Below, piece after piece: positions 50,092-64,000 of a stretch of 64,000 nt of DNA. This stretch comes from the human T2T-CHM13v2.0 reference genome, Homo sapiens, in the NCBI RefSeq assembly GCF_009914755.1, contig NC_060935.1; one strand, 5' to 3'. Both the position numbers and the translations under genes were made by a program. Position 1 is the first letter of the stretch; every line of letters begins with the position of its first letter. The notes below the pieces were generated by a model. The model was not told the origin of the DNA and made no database searches. It worked only from the letters and a program-made list of their open reading frames with translations.

Positions 50092-53000
50092 TTCCTGTAT
50101 TCTTATATTAATAAGAAAAATAAAACAAAATAGTAAAGTGTTGGGGCGGCGAAAATTTTTAGAGGTAGTATGGAGAGATAATGGGTGATGTTTCTCAGGG
50201 CTGCTTCGAGCGGGATTACGGGCGGCGTGGGAACCTAGAGTGGGAGAGATTAAGCTGAAGGAAGATTTTGTGGTAAGGGGTGATATTGTGGGGTTGTTAG
50301 AAGAAACATTTGTCGTGTAGAATTATTAGTGATGGCCTGGATACGGTTTTGTATGAATTGAAAAAACTAAACAGAATAAGAGAAGGAGAAAAACAGGTAT
50401 TAAAGGACTAAGAATTGGGAGGACCTAGGACATCTAATTAGAGAGTGCCTAAGGAGGTTCAGCATAGCCTTGCCAGCAAAGATTATTTATTTACTTTAAG
50501 AGCGGCGGTTTGGGTATAGCACCAGGAGATATCAGCTGTGATTGGAGAAACAGTGTAAACTGGCAGTGTAAACAAGAGCAGGGCATTTATGAGTAGTTGA
50601 GAACGGTGAATAGGAGTATTACTAGACAGAAAATAGTAGGGATGACAAGTTTTTTGGGGGCACAGTCTAAGTTGGTCTGGTGTCTGGGATGAGACTGGGG
50701 CCTAATAAAAAGGAGCATCTATACAGGAGCTCAAATGGGCTGTACCTTGTAGCATTCTGAGGACAGGCCTGAATTCTGAGAAGGGAAAGTGGTAAAAGTA
50801 TTGTCCATTCCTTTTTAAATTGGTGGCTGAGCTTGGTGAGGTGTGTTTTTAAAAGACCTTTAGTCCGTTCTACTTTTCCTGAAGACTGAGGACTGTAAGG
50901 GATATAAAGGTTTCACTGAATACCAAGAGCCTGAAAAACTGCTTGGCTGATTTGACTAATAAAGGCTGGTCTGTTATCAGACTGTATAGAGGTGGGAAGG
51001 CTAAATTGAGGAATTACGTCTGATAGAAAGGAAGAAATGACTGTGGTGGCCTTCTCAGACCCTGTAGGAAAGGCCTCTACTTATCCAGTGAAAGTGTCTA
51101 CTTAGACTAACAGGTATTTTTGTTTTCTGACTCAGGGCATGTTGAGTAAAGCCAATTTGCCAGTCCTGGGCGGGGGCAAATCTTCGAGCTTGATGTGTAG
51201 GGAAGGGAGGGTGCCTGAATAATCCCTGAGGAGTAGTAGAATAGCAGATGGAACACTGAGAAGTTGTTTCCTTGAGGATAGATTTCCACGATGGAAAGGA
51301 AATGAGAGGTTCTAAGAGGCGGGCTAGTGGCTTGTACTATAGCATAGCCTGCTTTTGCTGGTGTGTGGCCATTAGGCCTGGTGGAACTGCCATCAATAAA
51401 CTAAGTGTGATCAGGGTAAGGAACAGGAAAGAAGGAAATATGGGGAAATGGGGTGAATGTCAGGTGGATCAGAGAGATAGAGTCATGGGGGTCAGGTGTG
51501 GTATCAGGAATAACGTGGGAGGCTGGATTGAAGTCTGGGCCAGGAACAATGGTAATTGTGGGAGACTCAACAAAGAGTGAGTACAGCTGAAGGAGCCGGG
51601 AAGCAGAAAGTATATGCATCAGGTGTGAGGAAGAAAATAGATTTTGGAAGTTATGAGAACTGTAGAGAGTGAGTTGAGCACAGTTTGTGATTTTAAGGGC
51701 CTCTAAAAGTACTAGGGCAGCGGTGGCTGCCACACACAGACTTGAGGGCTAGGCAAAACAGTAAGGTCAAGTTGTTTGGATAAAAAGGCTACAGGGCGCG
51801 GTCCCAGTTCTTGTGTAAGAATTCCAACTGCACAGCCCTGCACTTCGGCTGTGGGTAATGAAAAGGGTTGGGGTGAGTCAGAGCTAGGGTGGGGGCAGTC
51901 TCTAAAGCTGTCTTCAAGGAATGGAAAGAGGAGTGGGGAAAGGATTTAGGATCTATGGGGTCAGCTAGGTTTCTTTTTTCGAGATTATATAATGGTTTTG
52001 TTAGGATGGCAAAACCAGGTATCTAAAGTCGAAAGTATCTAACCATGCCTAGGAAGGAAAGGAGTTATTGTTTTGTAGAAGGTGTTGGGGTTTGAGAGAT
52101 CAGCTGGACATGATCGGCAGGGAGAGCATGTGTGTTTTTATGAGAATTACGCTGAGATAGGTAACAGATGAGGAAGAAATTTGGGCTTGACTGAAGTAAT
52201 GGGGGCTGTCTGTGAAGACTTGCGGCAGTACAGCCCAGGTAATTTGCTGAGCCTGATGGGTGTCAGGGTCAGTCCAAGTGAAAGCAAAGAGAGGCTGGGA
52301 TGAAGGGTGCAAAGGAATAGTAAAGAAAGCATATTTGAGATCTAGAACAGAATAATGGGTTGTCGAGGGAAGTATTGAGGATAGGAGAGTATATGGGTTT
52401 GGCACCACGGGGTGGAGAGGCAAAACAATTTTGTTGATAAGGCGCAGATCCTGAACTAACCTGTAAGCCTCTAGGACAGGTAAAATGGGGGAATTGTAAG
52501 GAGAGTTTATAGGCTTTAAAAGGCCATGCTGTAGCAGGCGAGTGATAACAGGCTGCTACTTTAAATCCTTTTAAAGTGTGCTGTGGGATGCCATATTGGC
52601 ATTGAGCGAGGTAAGGGTGATTAGGTTTTAATGAGATGGTAAGGGGTGCATGATCGGTCGCCAAGGAGGGAGTAGAGGTATCTTATACTTGTGGGTTAAG
52701 GTGGGGGGATACAAGAGGAGGATGCAAAGGAGGCTTTGGATTGGGAAGAAGGGTGGCAATGAGATGTAGCTGTAGTCCAGGAATAGTCAGGGAAGCAGAT
52801 CACTTAAAGTGTCTCGGCCTAATAAGGGAACTGGGCAGGTGGGGATAACTAAAAAGGAGTGCTTAAAAGAGTATTGTCTAAGTTGGCACCAGAGTTGGGG
52901 AGTTTTAAGAGGTTTAGAAGCCTGGCCGTCAATACCCACAACAGTTATGGAGGCAAGGGAAACAGGCCCTTGAAAAGAAGGTAATGTGGAGTGCATAGCC

Positions 53001-54436
53001 TCCGTATTGATTAAGAAGGGGACGGACTTACCCTCCACTGTGAGAGTTACCTGAAGCTCGGCGTCCGTGATGGTCTACGGGGCTTCTGAGGTGATCGGGC
53101 AGCGTCAGTCTTCAGCCGCTAAGCCGAGAAGATCTGGGAAGGAGTCAGTCAGAGAGCCCTGGGCCAGAGTTCCAGGGGCTCTGGGAGTGGCTGCCAGGTG
53201 AGTTGAACAGTGCGATTTTCAGTGGGGTCCCACACAGATGGGACGCGGCTTAGGAGGAATCCCGGGCTGCGGGCATTCCTTGGCCTAGTGGCCAGATTTC
53301 TGGCACTTGTAGCAAGCTCCTGGGGGAGGCGGGCCTGGAGGAACGTCTGGCCACTGCGGTTTAGGTGTTTGGAAGTTCTTGTGTGCTCGAGATGTGGCTG
53401 GGGTTTGTCTCACAGTGGAGGCAAGGAATTGCAACTCAGAAATGTGTTGCTACTTGGCTGCCTCTACTCTGTTATTGTACACCTAGTAGGCGAGGTTAAT
53501 TAAGTCCTGTTGTTGGGTTTGAGAGCCGGAATTTAATTTTTGGAGTTTTATTTAATGTTGGGAGCAGATTGGGTAATAAAATGTATATTGAGAATAAGAC
53601 GGCCTTTTGACCTGTTAGGGTCTAGGGCTGTAAAGCATCTCAGGGTTGCTGCCAAACGAGCCATGAACTGGGCTGGGTTTTTATATCTGATGAAAAAGAG
53701 CCTAAACGCTTCTGATTTGGGATAAAGAAAAAGGAGCATTAACTTTGACTATGCCTTTAGCTGCAGCCACCTTTTTAAGAGTAAATTGCTGGGCAGGTGG
53801 GGGAGGGCTAGTCACGGAACGAAACTGTAAGCCGGACCAGGTGTGAGGAAGGGAGGAGATAAAAGGATTATAGGGTGGAGGAGTGGAGGCTGAGGAAGAA
53901 TTGGGACCTAGCTCAGCCTGGCAAGGAGGGGAGAGGTCAGATGGGTCTGTAGAAAAGGAAGATTAGAAAGACTTAGCAACGCTTGGGGTTGGGACTGGGG
54001 ACAGGCGGGAGGGAAAGAAGGAAGATTTGGGATGAGTTGCTTCAGGAACAGAGACTAGGGAGGGACCGATGTGTAAAAGAATGCCTGGACATCAGGCACT
54101 TCAGACCATTTGCCCATTTTATGATAAGAAGTATTTAGATCTTGTAGGATGGAAAAATTGAAAGTGCCATTTTCTGGCTATTTGGAACTACTGTCTAGTT
54201 TGTATTGGGGTCAAGTGGCATTTCAGAAGAAAACAAGATGCTTAGACTTTAGGTCAGGCAAGAGTTGAAGAGGTTTTAAGTTCTTAGGAACACAGGCTAA
54301 GGGAGAAGAAGGAGGAATGGAAGGTGGAAGTTTGCCTATAGTGAAGGAGGCAAGTTTAAAGAGAAGCGTAGAGACATGGAGGGAAGGGGCTCGGGGGTTC
54401 TTACCCTTCAGAAAAGCGGGAAAGGGGTCAGGGCAT

Positions 54437-54664
54437 GGAAATAAGGGGTTGGGGTGCAGAGATAAGAGGTCAGAATGTGGAAATAAGGGATTGGGGCACA
54501 GAGATAAGAGGTCGGGGTGTGGAAATAAGGGATCAGGGCACAGAGATAAGAGGTTGGGTCATGGAAATAAGGGATTGGGGTGCAGAGATTAGAGGTCAGG
54601 GCATAGAAATAAGGTATTGGGGCACAGAGATAAGAGGTTGGGGCATGGAAATAAGGGATTGGGG
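54437..54664 (+). repeat. HERV-H leader tandem repeat, ~11 x 21 bp alternating units
   Basis: GGAAATAAGGGATTGGGGCAC alternates with AGAGATAAGAGGTYGGGGCRT. Confidence 0.92.
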
Positions 54665-55248
54665 ATTCTTGCCCCCTAGAAAAGTGGGACTTGCCACTAA
54701 GGGTGAAGGAGAAGGTGTTGAGGGGTTCTTGCCCATCCAGAAAAGCAGAGAAGGGGTAGAGACATGGAGAGAAGGGGTTGGGGTACTTGCCCCTCTCCCA
54801 GAAAAGTGGGACTTGCCACTAAAGGTGAAGGACAAAGGCAGGCGTCCCTGCATGGTCTGACACCTCTGAAACATGGATGAATAATCAGAGAGGCGTCCCT
54901 GCAATGATTAAACACCAAGGGAAGGCTGCCTTCCCAGTCCATGACCGGCGCTGGAGTTTTGGGTCCATGGATAAAACGTGTCTCCTTTGTCTCTACCAGA
55001 AAATGAAAGGAATTGAAATTAAGAGAAGGGAGAGATTGAAGTGTGGCGCCAAGATTGAAAGGAGAAAGAGGGTGAGGGATAGTGAGGGAGGTTGCAGAAG
55101 AGAGTAAAAAGAGGCCGCTTACTGGATTTGACATTGGTGAGATGTTTCTTGGGCTGGTTGGTCTGAGGACCTGAGGTCATAGGTGGATCTTTCTCACAGA
55201 GCAAAGAGCAGGAGGACAGGGGATTGATCTCCCAAGGGAGGTCCCCCA

Positions 55249-55266
55249 ATCTGAGTCATGGCACCA
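55249..55266 (-). other. HERV-H primer binding site (tRNA-His)
   Basis: TGGTGCCATGACTCAGAT vs consensus TGGTGCCGTGACTCGGAT (two CpG transitions). Confidence 0.88.
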
Positions 55267-55268
55267 AA

Positions 55269-55678
55269 TTTCACGCACGTTTGTGTGAAGAGACCACCAA
55301 ACAGGCTTTGTGTGAGCAATAAAGCTTTTAATCACCTGGGTGCAGGTGGGCTGAGTCTGAAAAGAGAGTCAGTGAAAGGAGATAGAGGTGGGGCCGTTTT
55401 ATAGGATTTGGGTAGGTAAAGGAAAATTACAGTCAAAGGGGTTGTTCTCTGGCGGGTAGGAGTGGGGGTCACAAGGTGCTCAGTAGGGGAGTTTTTGAGC
55501 CAGGATGAGCCAGGAGAAGGAATTTCACAAGAGAATGTCATCAGTTAAGGCAGGAACAGATGATTTTCACTTCTTTTGTGGTGGAATGTCATCAGTTAAG
55601 GCAGGAACCGGCCATCTGGTTGTGTACGTGCAGGTCACAGGGGATATGATGGCTTAGCTTGGGCTTAGAGGCCTGACA
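55269..55678 (-). mobile_element. HERV-H 5' LTR (LTR7, duplicated U3 repeat)
   Basis: Starts TGTCAGGCCTCT; two TTCCTGCCTTAACTGATGACATT repeats; TCCTATAAAAC TATA; ATTAAA; ends TGAAA next to PBS. Confidence 0.95.
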
Positions 55679-56043
55679 TTTTGTTTTTGAGCACAGGTTA
55701 AAATATTTTAAGGGAATCATAATGATCCCACTGCAATGTGTTACCCATAGTTATGACAATAATATCCGGAAGCTTACAGAGGTTCAGTTTGTTACACAAA
55801 AGAGAATCTTATGTTATGCATTTATGCATAGACCTGGGTATTGGGATTGGTATAAAATAGTGGTTCTCATAATGTGGTCCCCAGACCAGCAACACCAGTG
55901 TCCCCTGGAAATTTGTTAGAAATTTTAATTCTCCAGTGGCCCTAGGCCTAAGGCTTCAGAATCTCTGGTGATGGGACTCAACAATCTATATTTTCTGATA
56001 TGGATTAAAGCTTGAGAGCCGTTGCTTTAAAATAGTCCTTCCA

Positions 56044-56613
56044 CAGTGTGGCGATTCCTCAAGGATCTAGAACTAGAAATACCCTTTGACCCAGCCATCC
56101 CATTACTGGTTATATGCCCAAAGGATTATAAATCATGCTGCTTTAAAGACACATGCACACGTATGTTTATTGCATCACTATTCACAATAGCAAAGACTTG
56201 GAACCAACCCAAATGTCCAACAATGATAGACTGGATTAAGAAAATGTGGCACATGTACACCATGGAATACTATGCAGCCATAAAAAGGATGAGTTCATGT
56301 CCTTTGTAGGGACACAGATGAAGCTGGAAACCATCATTCTTAGCAAACTATCACAAGGACAGAAAACCAAACACCGCATGTTCTCACTCATAGGTGGGAA
56401 TTGAACAATGAGAACACTTGGACACAGGAAGGGGAACATCACACACCGAGGCCTATTATGGGGTGGCGGGAGCGGGGAGGGATAGCATTAGGAGATATAC
56501 CTAATGTAAATGACGAGTTAATGGGTGCAGCACACCAACATGGCACATGTATACATATGTAACAAACCTGCACGTTGTGCACATGTACCCTAGAACTTAA
56601 AGTACAATAAAAA
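56044..56613 (+). mobile_element. 5'-truncated L1PA (ORF2 end + 3'UTR + poly-A)
   Basis: WRFLKDLELEIPFDPAIPLL; L1PA 3'UTR; 15-bp TSD AAAAT[A/G]GTCCTTCCA at a TT/AAAA site. Confidence 0.95.
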
Positions 56614-57458
56614 AAAATGGTCCTTCCATTTTCCTATCACCTTTCTGTCTGGAATGGAATGTGCTTCAGAAGGGATAGCCTCAGACCCCTTCCATTTCTT
56701 AGGGTCTTTTTTCCATCCCTTCCTGCCTGCATCAATTCCTGCTCAGCCCTAACTCTACTGGAAATGAAGTGTCAGGTCTCTCCAGCATTAGCTTCCTATT
56801 CAGATGGAGGGTCTACAAGATCAAGAAAACTTTCTGTTGCTAATTTTGACTTCATCTCAAGGCAAAACTAATGTAATATTTTGCTATAAAACAAACAAAT
56901 AAAAATATGCTTTTCCTAAAAGGGGAAGAATGAAAAAGAAGGAAATTGGTTCTGTCACAAAAGTTTATGGTTCAATAAAGCTAAATCATCTGCCTGCTTT
57001 TATTGTATAGAAGTGAGTGTCAGTCTCCAGGTCTTGTTGAAGAGCAGCAGAAATGCATTCTGAAGCTTTGTTGATTTATGCAAATTTTGAGTTGCGTTAA
57101 GTGAGGATAATTAGAGTAGGAGTAAAACTGTAAGTAATTCTCATAGTGTGGCCCCCTACCAGAAGCTTCTGGTAGGCATGCTTCAAAAAAAGAGAGAAGA
57201 GAAGGACTCCTAAGCTGATCTCATCACCACACTCTTTAGGAGCTACTTAAATTTTACCAAGTAATTTTCAGTCACACATGCATCACTCTAAAACAATGAG
57301 CAAAGTTTTAGTTCAAAAAGAAAACTTTTAGATTCATAGGGAAGGGGGAGCTTCAACACTATCTGTAATATTGTCTTTCTGTGATAAGTATATTAAATAT
57401 TTGCCAAAGAAATAAATTATTATAGAAATATTAAATATTATAAATTACTATATATAAA

Positions 57459-58208
57459 GGAGACAGCCAAGTATAAAGGGGCCACCAGAGCATCTCCAAC
57501 CAGCCTGCGCACTGGGAGAACGGGGTGGAGCCACGGAAGTTTACGCCATTTGTAGTCGGAAGGAGCCTGGCCCCTCCTGTTCCTGTGCGGAAACCTGGGA
57601 TTCAATTGGTGAGGTGGAGAGCCTGTTAGCAGGGCTTCATCGCATTTTGCTGTGTTGTTTTTCCCTTTCAGCCAATACATTCTGTTCCTCTTCACCCTTT
57701 AAAGTGTCTGCAAGCCTAATCTTTGTCAGGCCTCTGAGCCCGAGTTAAGCCATCATATCCCCTGTGACCTGCACGAACACATCCAAATGGCCTGAAGCAA
57801 TTGAAAAACCACAAAAGAAGTGAAAACAGCCAGTTCCTGCCTTAACTGATGACATTCCACCATAGAGATTTGTTGCTGCCCCACCCTAATGATCAATTGT
57901 CCTTGTGACATTCCTTCTCCTGGACAATGAATCTCAGGAGCTCCCCACTGAGCACCTTGTGACCCCTGCCCCTGCCCACAAGAGAACAATCCCCTTTAAC
58001 TGTAATTTTCCACTACCTACCCAAATCCTGTAAAGCTGCCCCACACCTGTCTCCCTTTGCTGACTCCTTTTTCGGACTCAGTCCGCCCGTACCCAGGTGA
58101 TTAAAAAGCTTTATTGCTCACACAAAGCCTGTTTGGCAGTCTCTTCACACGGACACGCATAACAATCTTTCTTGGTCGTGTGACAAGAACCCAGTTTTTC
58201 CTACAACA
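57459..58208 (+). mobile_element. ERV1 solo LTR (MER61-like) interrupted by the solo LTR7
   Basis: GAGACAGCCAAGTATAAAGGGG...GGAGCCACGGAAGTT...CCTACAACA; 4-bp TSD TAAA. Confidence 0.72.
57724..58164 (+). mobile_element. Solo LTR7-family LTR (LTR7C-like)
   Basis: TGTCAGGCCTCTGAGCCC...CGCATAACA; TSD ATCTT (57719-57723 and 58165-58169). Confidence 0.9.
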
Positions 58209-59811
58209 TAAATATATTTAATAATATACTGTACATACATATATAATAAGTTATTGTTAATAGAAATAAAACAACAGCTTGAAGCAAATATAACAAACAC
58301 TGTCAACGTCTGGGCCTGCAGGATATCAACTGTTGCTTTTCTTTCATGACAGTGGATGGTGGATGAGGCATGGAGGAGAAAGATATCCTATGATTCATCA
58401 GTAATAGTGGTTGTAAGGAGAGCTAAGGTGAGGAGCCCAAGAGAACAGAGCCAGAAGCTAAAGCCTCCTGGAAACTAGAACTGGAGAAACAAGAGGAAAT
58501 CAGACCAGAAGCCCGCTAGGGTCAGGCTTGTGAACAGGAAAGCAAGTGGAATGAGATAGGAATAGATGAGATGAGGTGGCTCCACTCTAATATAGTTCTT
58601 GTACCAAGTGAAGAACTTTGAGAAAATTAAACACAGTGGGTATAAATATGTGAATAAGGAACATGACATTTATTGAAGGCATAGTTTATGTTGGTCATTT
58701 GCTAGGTTCTATCAACTGCTAAAAGTGGAAATGAGTAATGTAATTATATTTGAGAGTAAAAGTGAAATGCTGTAAAGAAACAGTTTTGTTGGCATTTCAA
58801 GTCTCCTCAAAATTGATTGGAATGAACACAGATTGCTAGTAATCAGCCAATTAAGAAAATGTGTAGGAAAGAATTGATGAGAAATTATTATTTGAATAAC
58901 AACACTTAGACAAGGGAAGTGTGTCATTTGTTAAGCTCTCATTAAGCCAAGCACTTTTCATGTGACATAAGCATTATTATTATCCCCTTTTGCAAACAGA
59001 GGTAATGAGCCTCAGACTACCCAAGGCCACACAGCTTCTAACTGGCAAAGTCAAGATTCAAAAACAGGAGCTAACTCTGAAGCCTAATTTTCTTAACCAC
59101 TTTGACAGTGAATTGTCAAAGGACATTCTATTCATTTATATATTTTTTAAAATTACTGAACGTTATTATGTACCAGACATTTTTCAGGCACTGAGAATGC
59201 AGTGATGAATGTAGAATGAAATTTACTTTTTATTTAGAAATGATGAACCCTGTATGATATCTTCTCCATGGTATTGAAAATTTTAGAATTTGGTTAAAAT
59301 CATACTTGAGAATAGAAAGAAAAAAAATTTAAACCAGAGGTAAGCACAGACCATACATTCGAAAATTTTGGCCTATTTTAGTGGCTCACGCCTGTAATCT
59401 CAACACTTTGGGAAGCCGAGGTGAACAGATTGCTTGAGTCCAGGAGTACAAGACCAGCCTGGCTAATATGGCGAAGATCCTATCTCTACCAAAAAAATAT
59501 AAAGAAAAGAAAATTTTATCGATACAAAGCCGTATTCTAAATGGAACTTAATGATACATAAATTGCTGGGTATCAAGGGAGAATATCCAGGAGAGTTTAG
59601 GTTATATCGTTGTTTGGATTTTTTTAAACTTTTTGTTACATTAATTTTTTTATTAGTTTATTTTAAGTCATATTCATTGAAGTATAATTTACATACATAA
59701 TTATGTATAATTTTCATACAGTAAAATATGTATAATTTTCATACAGTAAAATTTATACTTTGCTGAGTGTTGGCAAATTAAGATGCAAACCACAAAATAT
59801 AAACCATCTAA

Positions 59812-63520
<3,709 letters not shown>

Positions 63521-63521
63521 T

Positions 63522-63856
63522 GTGCCATGGTCTGAATGTTTGTGCCCCACCCCCAAAATTTCTTTGTTGAAATCCTAATCCCCAAGATGATAATATTGGG
63601 GATTAGGAGGTGATTCGGTCTTGAAAGCAGGGCCCTCATGATTGGGGTTAGTGCCTTATATGAGAGACCCTCTTCCCCTCTGTGAGGACATAGCAAGAAG
63701 GTGTTATCCATGAACCAGAAACTGGGCCATCACCAAACACCAAATCTGTCAGCACCATGATCTTGAACTTAGCCTCCAGAACTGTGAGAAATACATTTCT
63801 ATTGTTTATAAGCCACCCTAAGATATTTTGTTGTAGTAGCCTAAACAAATTAAGAT
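63522..63856 (+). mobile_element. MaLR LTR (MST/MLT1A-like)
   Basis: TGCCATGGTCTGAATGTTTGTGCCCC...CCTCCAGAACTGTGAGAAATACATTTC...TAAGATA. Confidence 0.82.
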
Positions 63857-64000
63857 AAGGGGTTCAACAGTAGACTCGATCAAGCAGAAGAAAGAATATA
63901 GTTTAACCCAGCATCGAAACTTCACGTGACACCCAAGCATCGCTTCAACAACCTAGGCCATATTGTCCTCCGGTAAACATCACGTGCTAGATTAAAGGAA

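Larger units (their letters stand above)
49768..55678 (-). mobile_element. HERV-H provirus, internally deleted type (LTR7-gag-pro-pol remnants-LTR7)
   Basis: Two LTR7 copies, 5-bp TSD TTTTG (49763-49767 and 55679-55683), tRNA-His PBS, protease remnant FLINTEA, RT remnant VLDLKYAFFTIPLHP...WAVLPQVFTDSP; no intact ORFs, no recognisable env. Confidence 0.96.

Noticed and set aside
52100-53038. HERV-H protease and RT ORFs as functional genes
   Set aside because: Fragmented frames; protease catalytic motif reads NTEA; RT is truncated before a YXDD motif.
54317-54860. Repetitive EIRGWG/RDKR ORFs and a CRISPR-like look
   Set aside because: HERV-H 21-bp tandem repeat; no unique spacers, no cas genes, eukaryotic DNA.

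Overview
Primate (very likely human, chr11q22 MMP cluster) genomic DNA, identified by recognition of the encoded protein. The only intact protein-coding gene is MMP12 (macrophage metalloelastase), minus strand, 10 coding exons from 20706 to 8869. All introns are GT-AG, the CDS is 1413 nt (470 aa), and the promoter has TATA and AP-1 sites. The ~43 kb upstream holds a BOLA3 processed pseudogene, a U7 snRNA pseudogene, a ~5.9 kb HERV-H provirus with TSDs, a solo LTR7 nested in a MER61-like LTR, five THE1/MST LTRs, L1 fragments and about 40 Alu pieces. Nearly all ORF-track entries are spurious repeat translations. Unexplained structures: two perfect non-TE direct repeats (44 bp around MMP12 exons 5-6; 64 bp 4.2 kb apart), a flipped stem-loop in the U7 copy, templated AT-rich filler in the BOLA3 copy, abutting perfect hairpins, an intronic AP-1 cluster, possible relics of a decayed gene at 23.4-29.2 kb, a duplicated MaLR/L1 junction, and a CpG/E-box-rich last ~100 bp that does not fit its context. 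I found no convincing new biological system; these are candidates for checking. Repeat boundaries without stated TSDs and subfamily calls are by-eye approximations.
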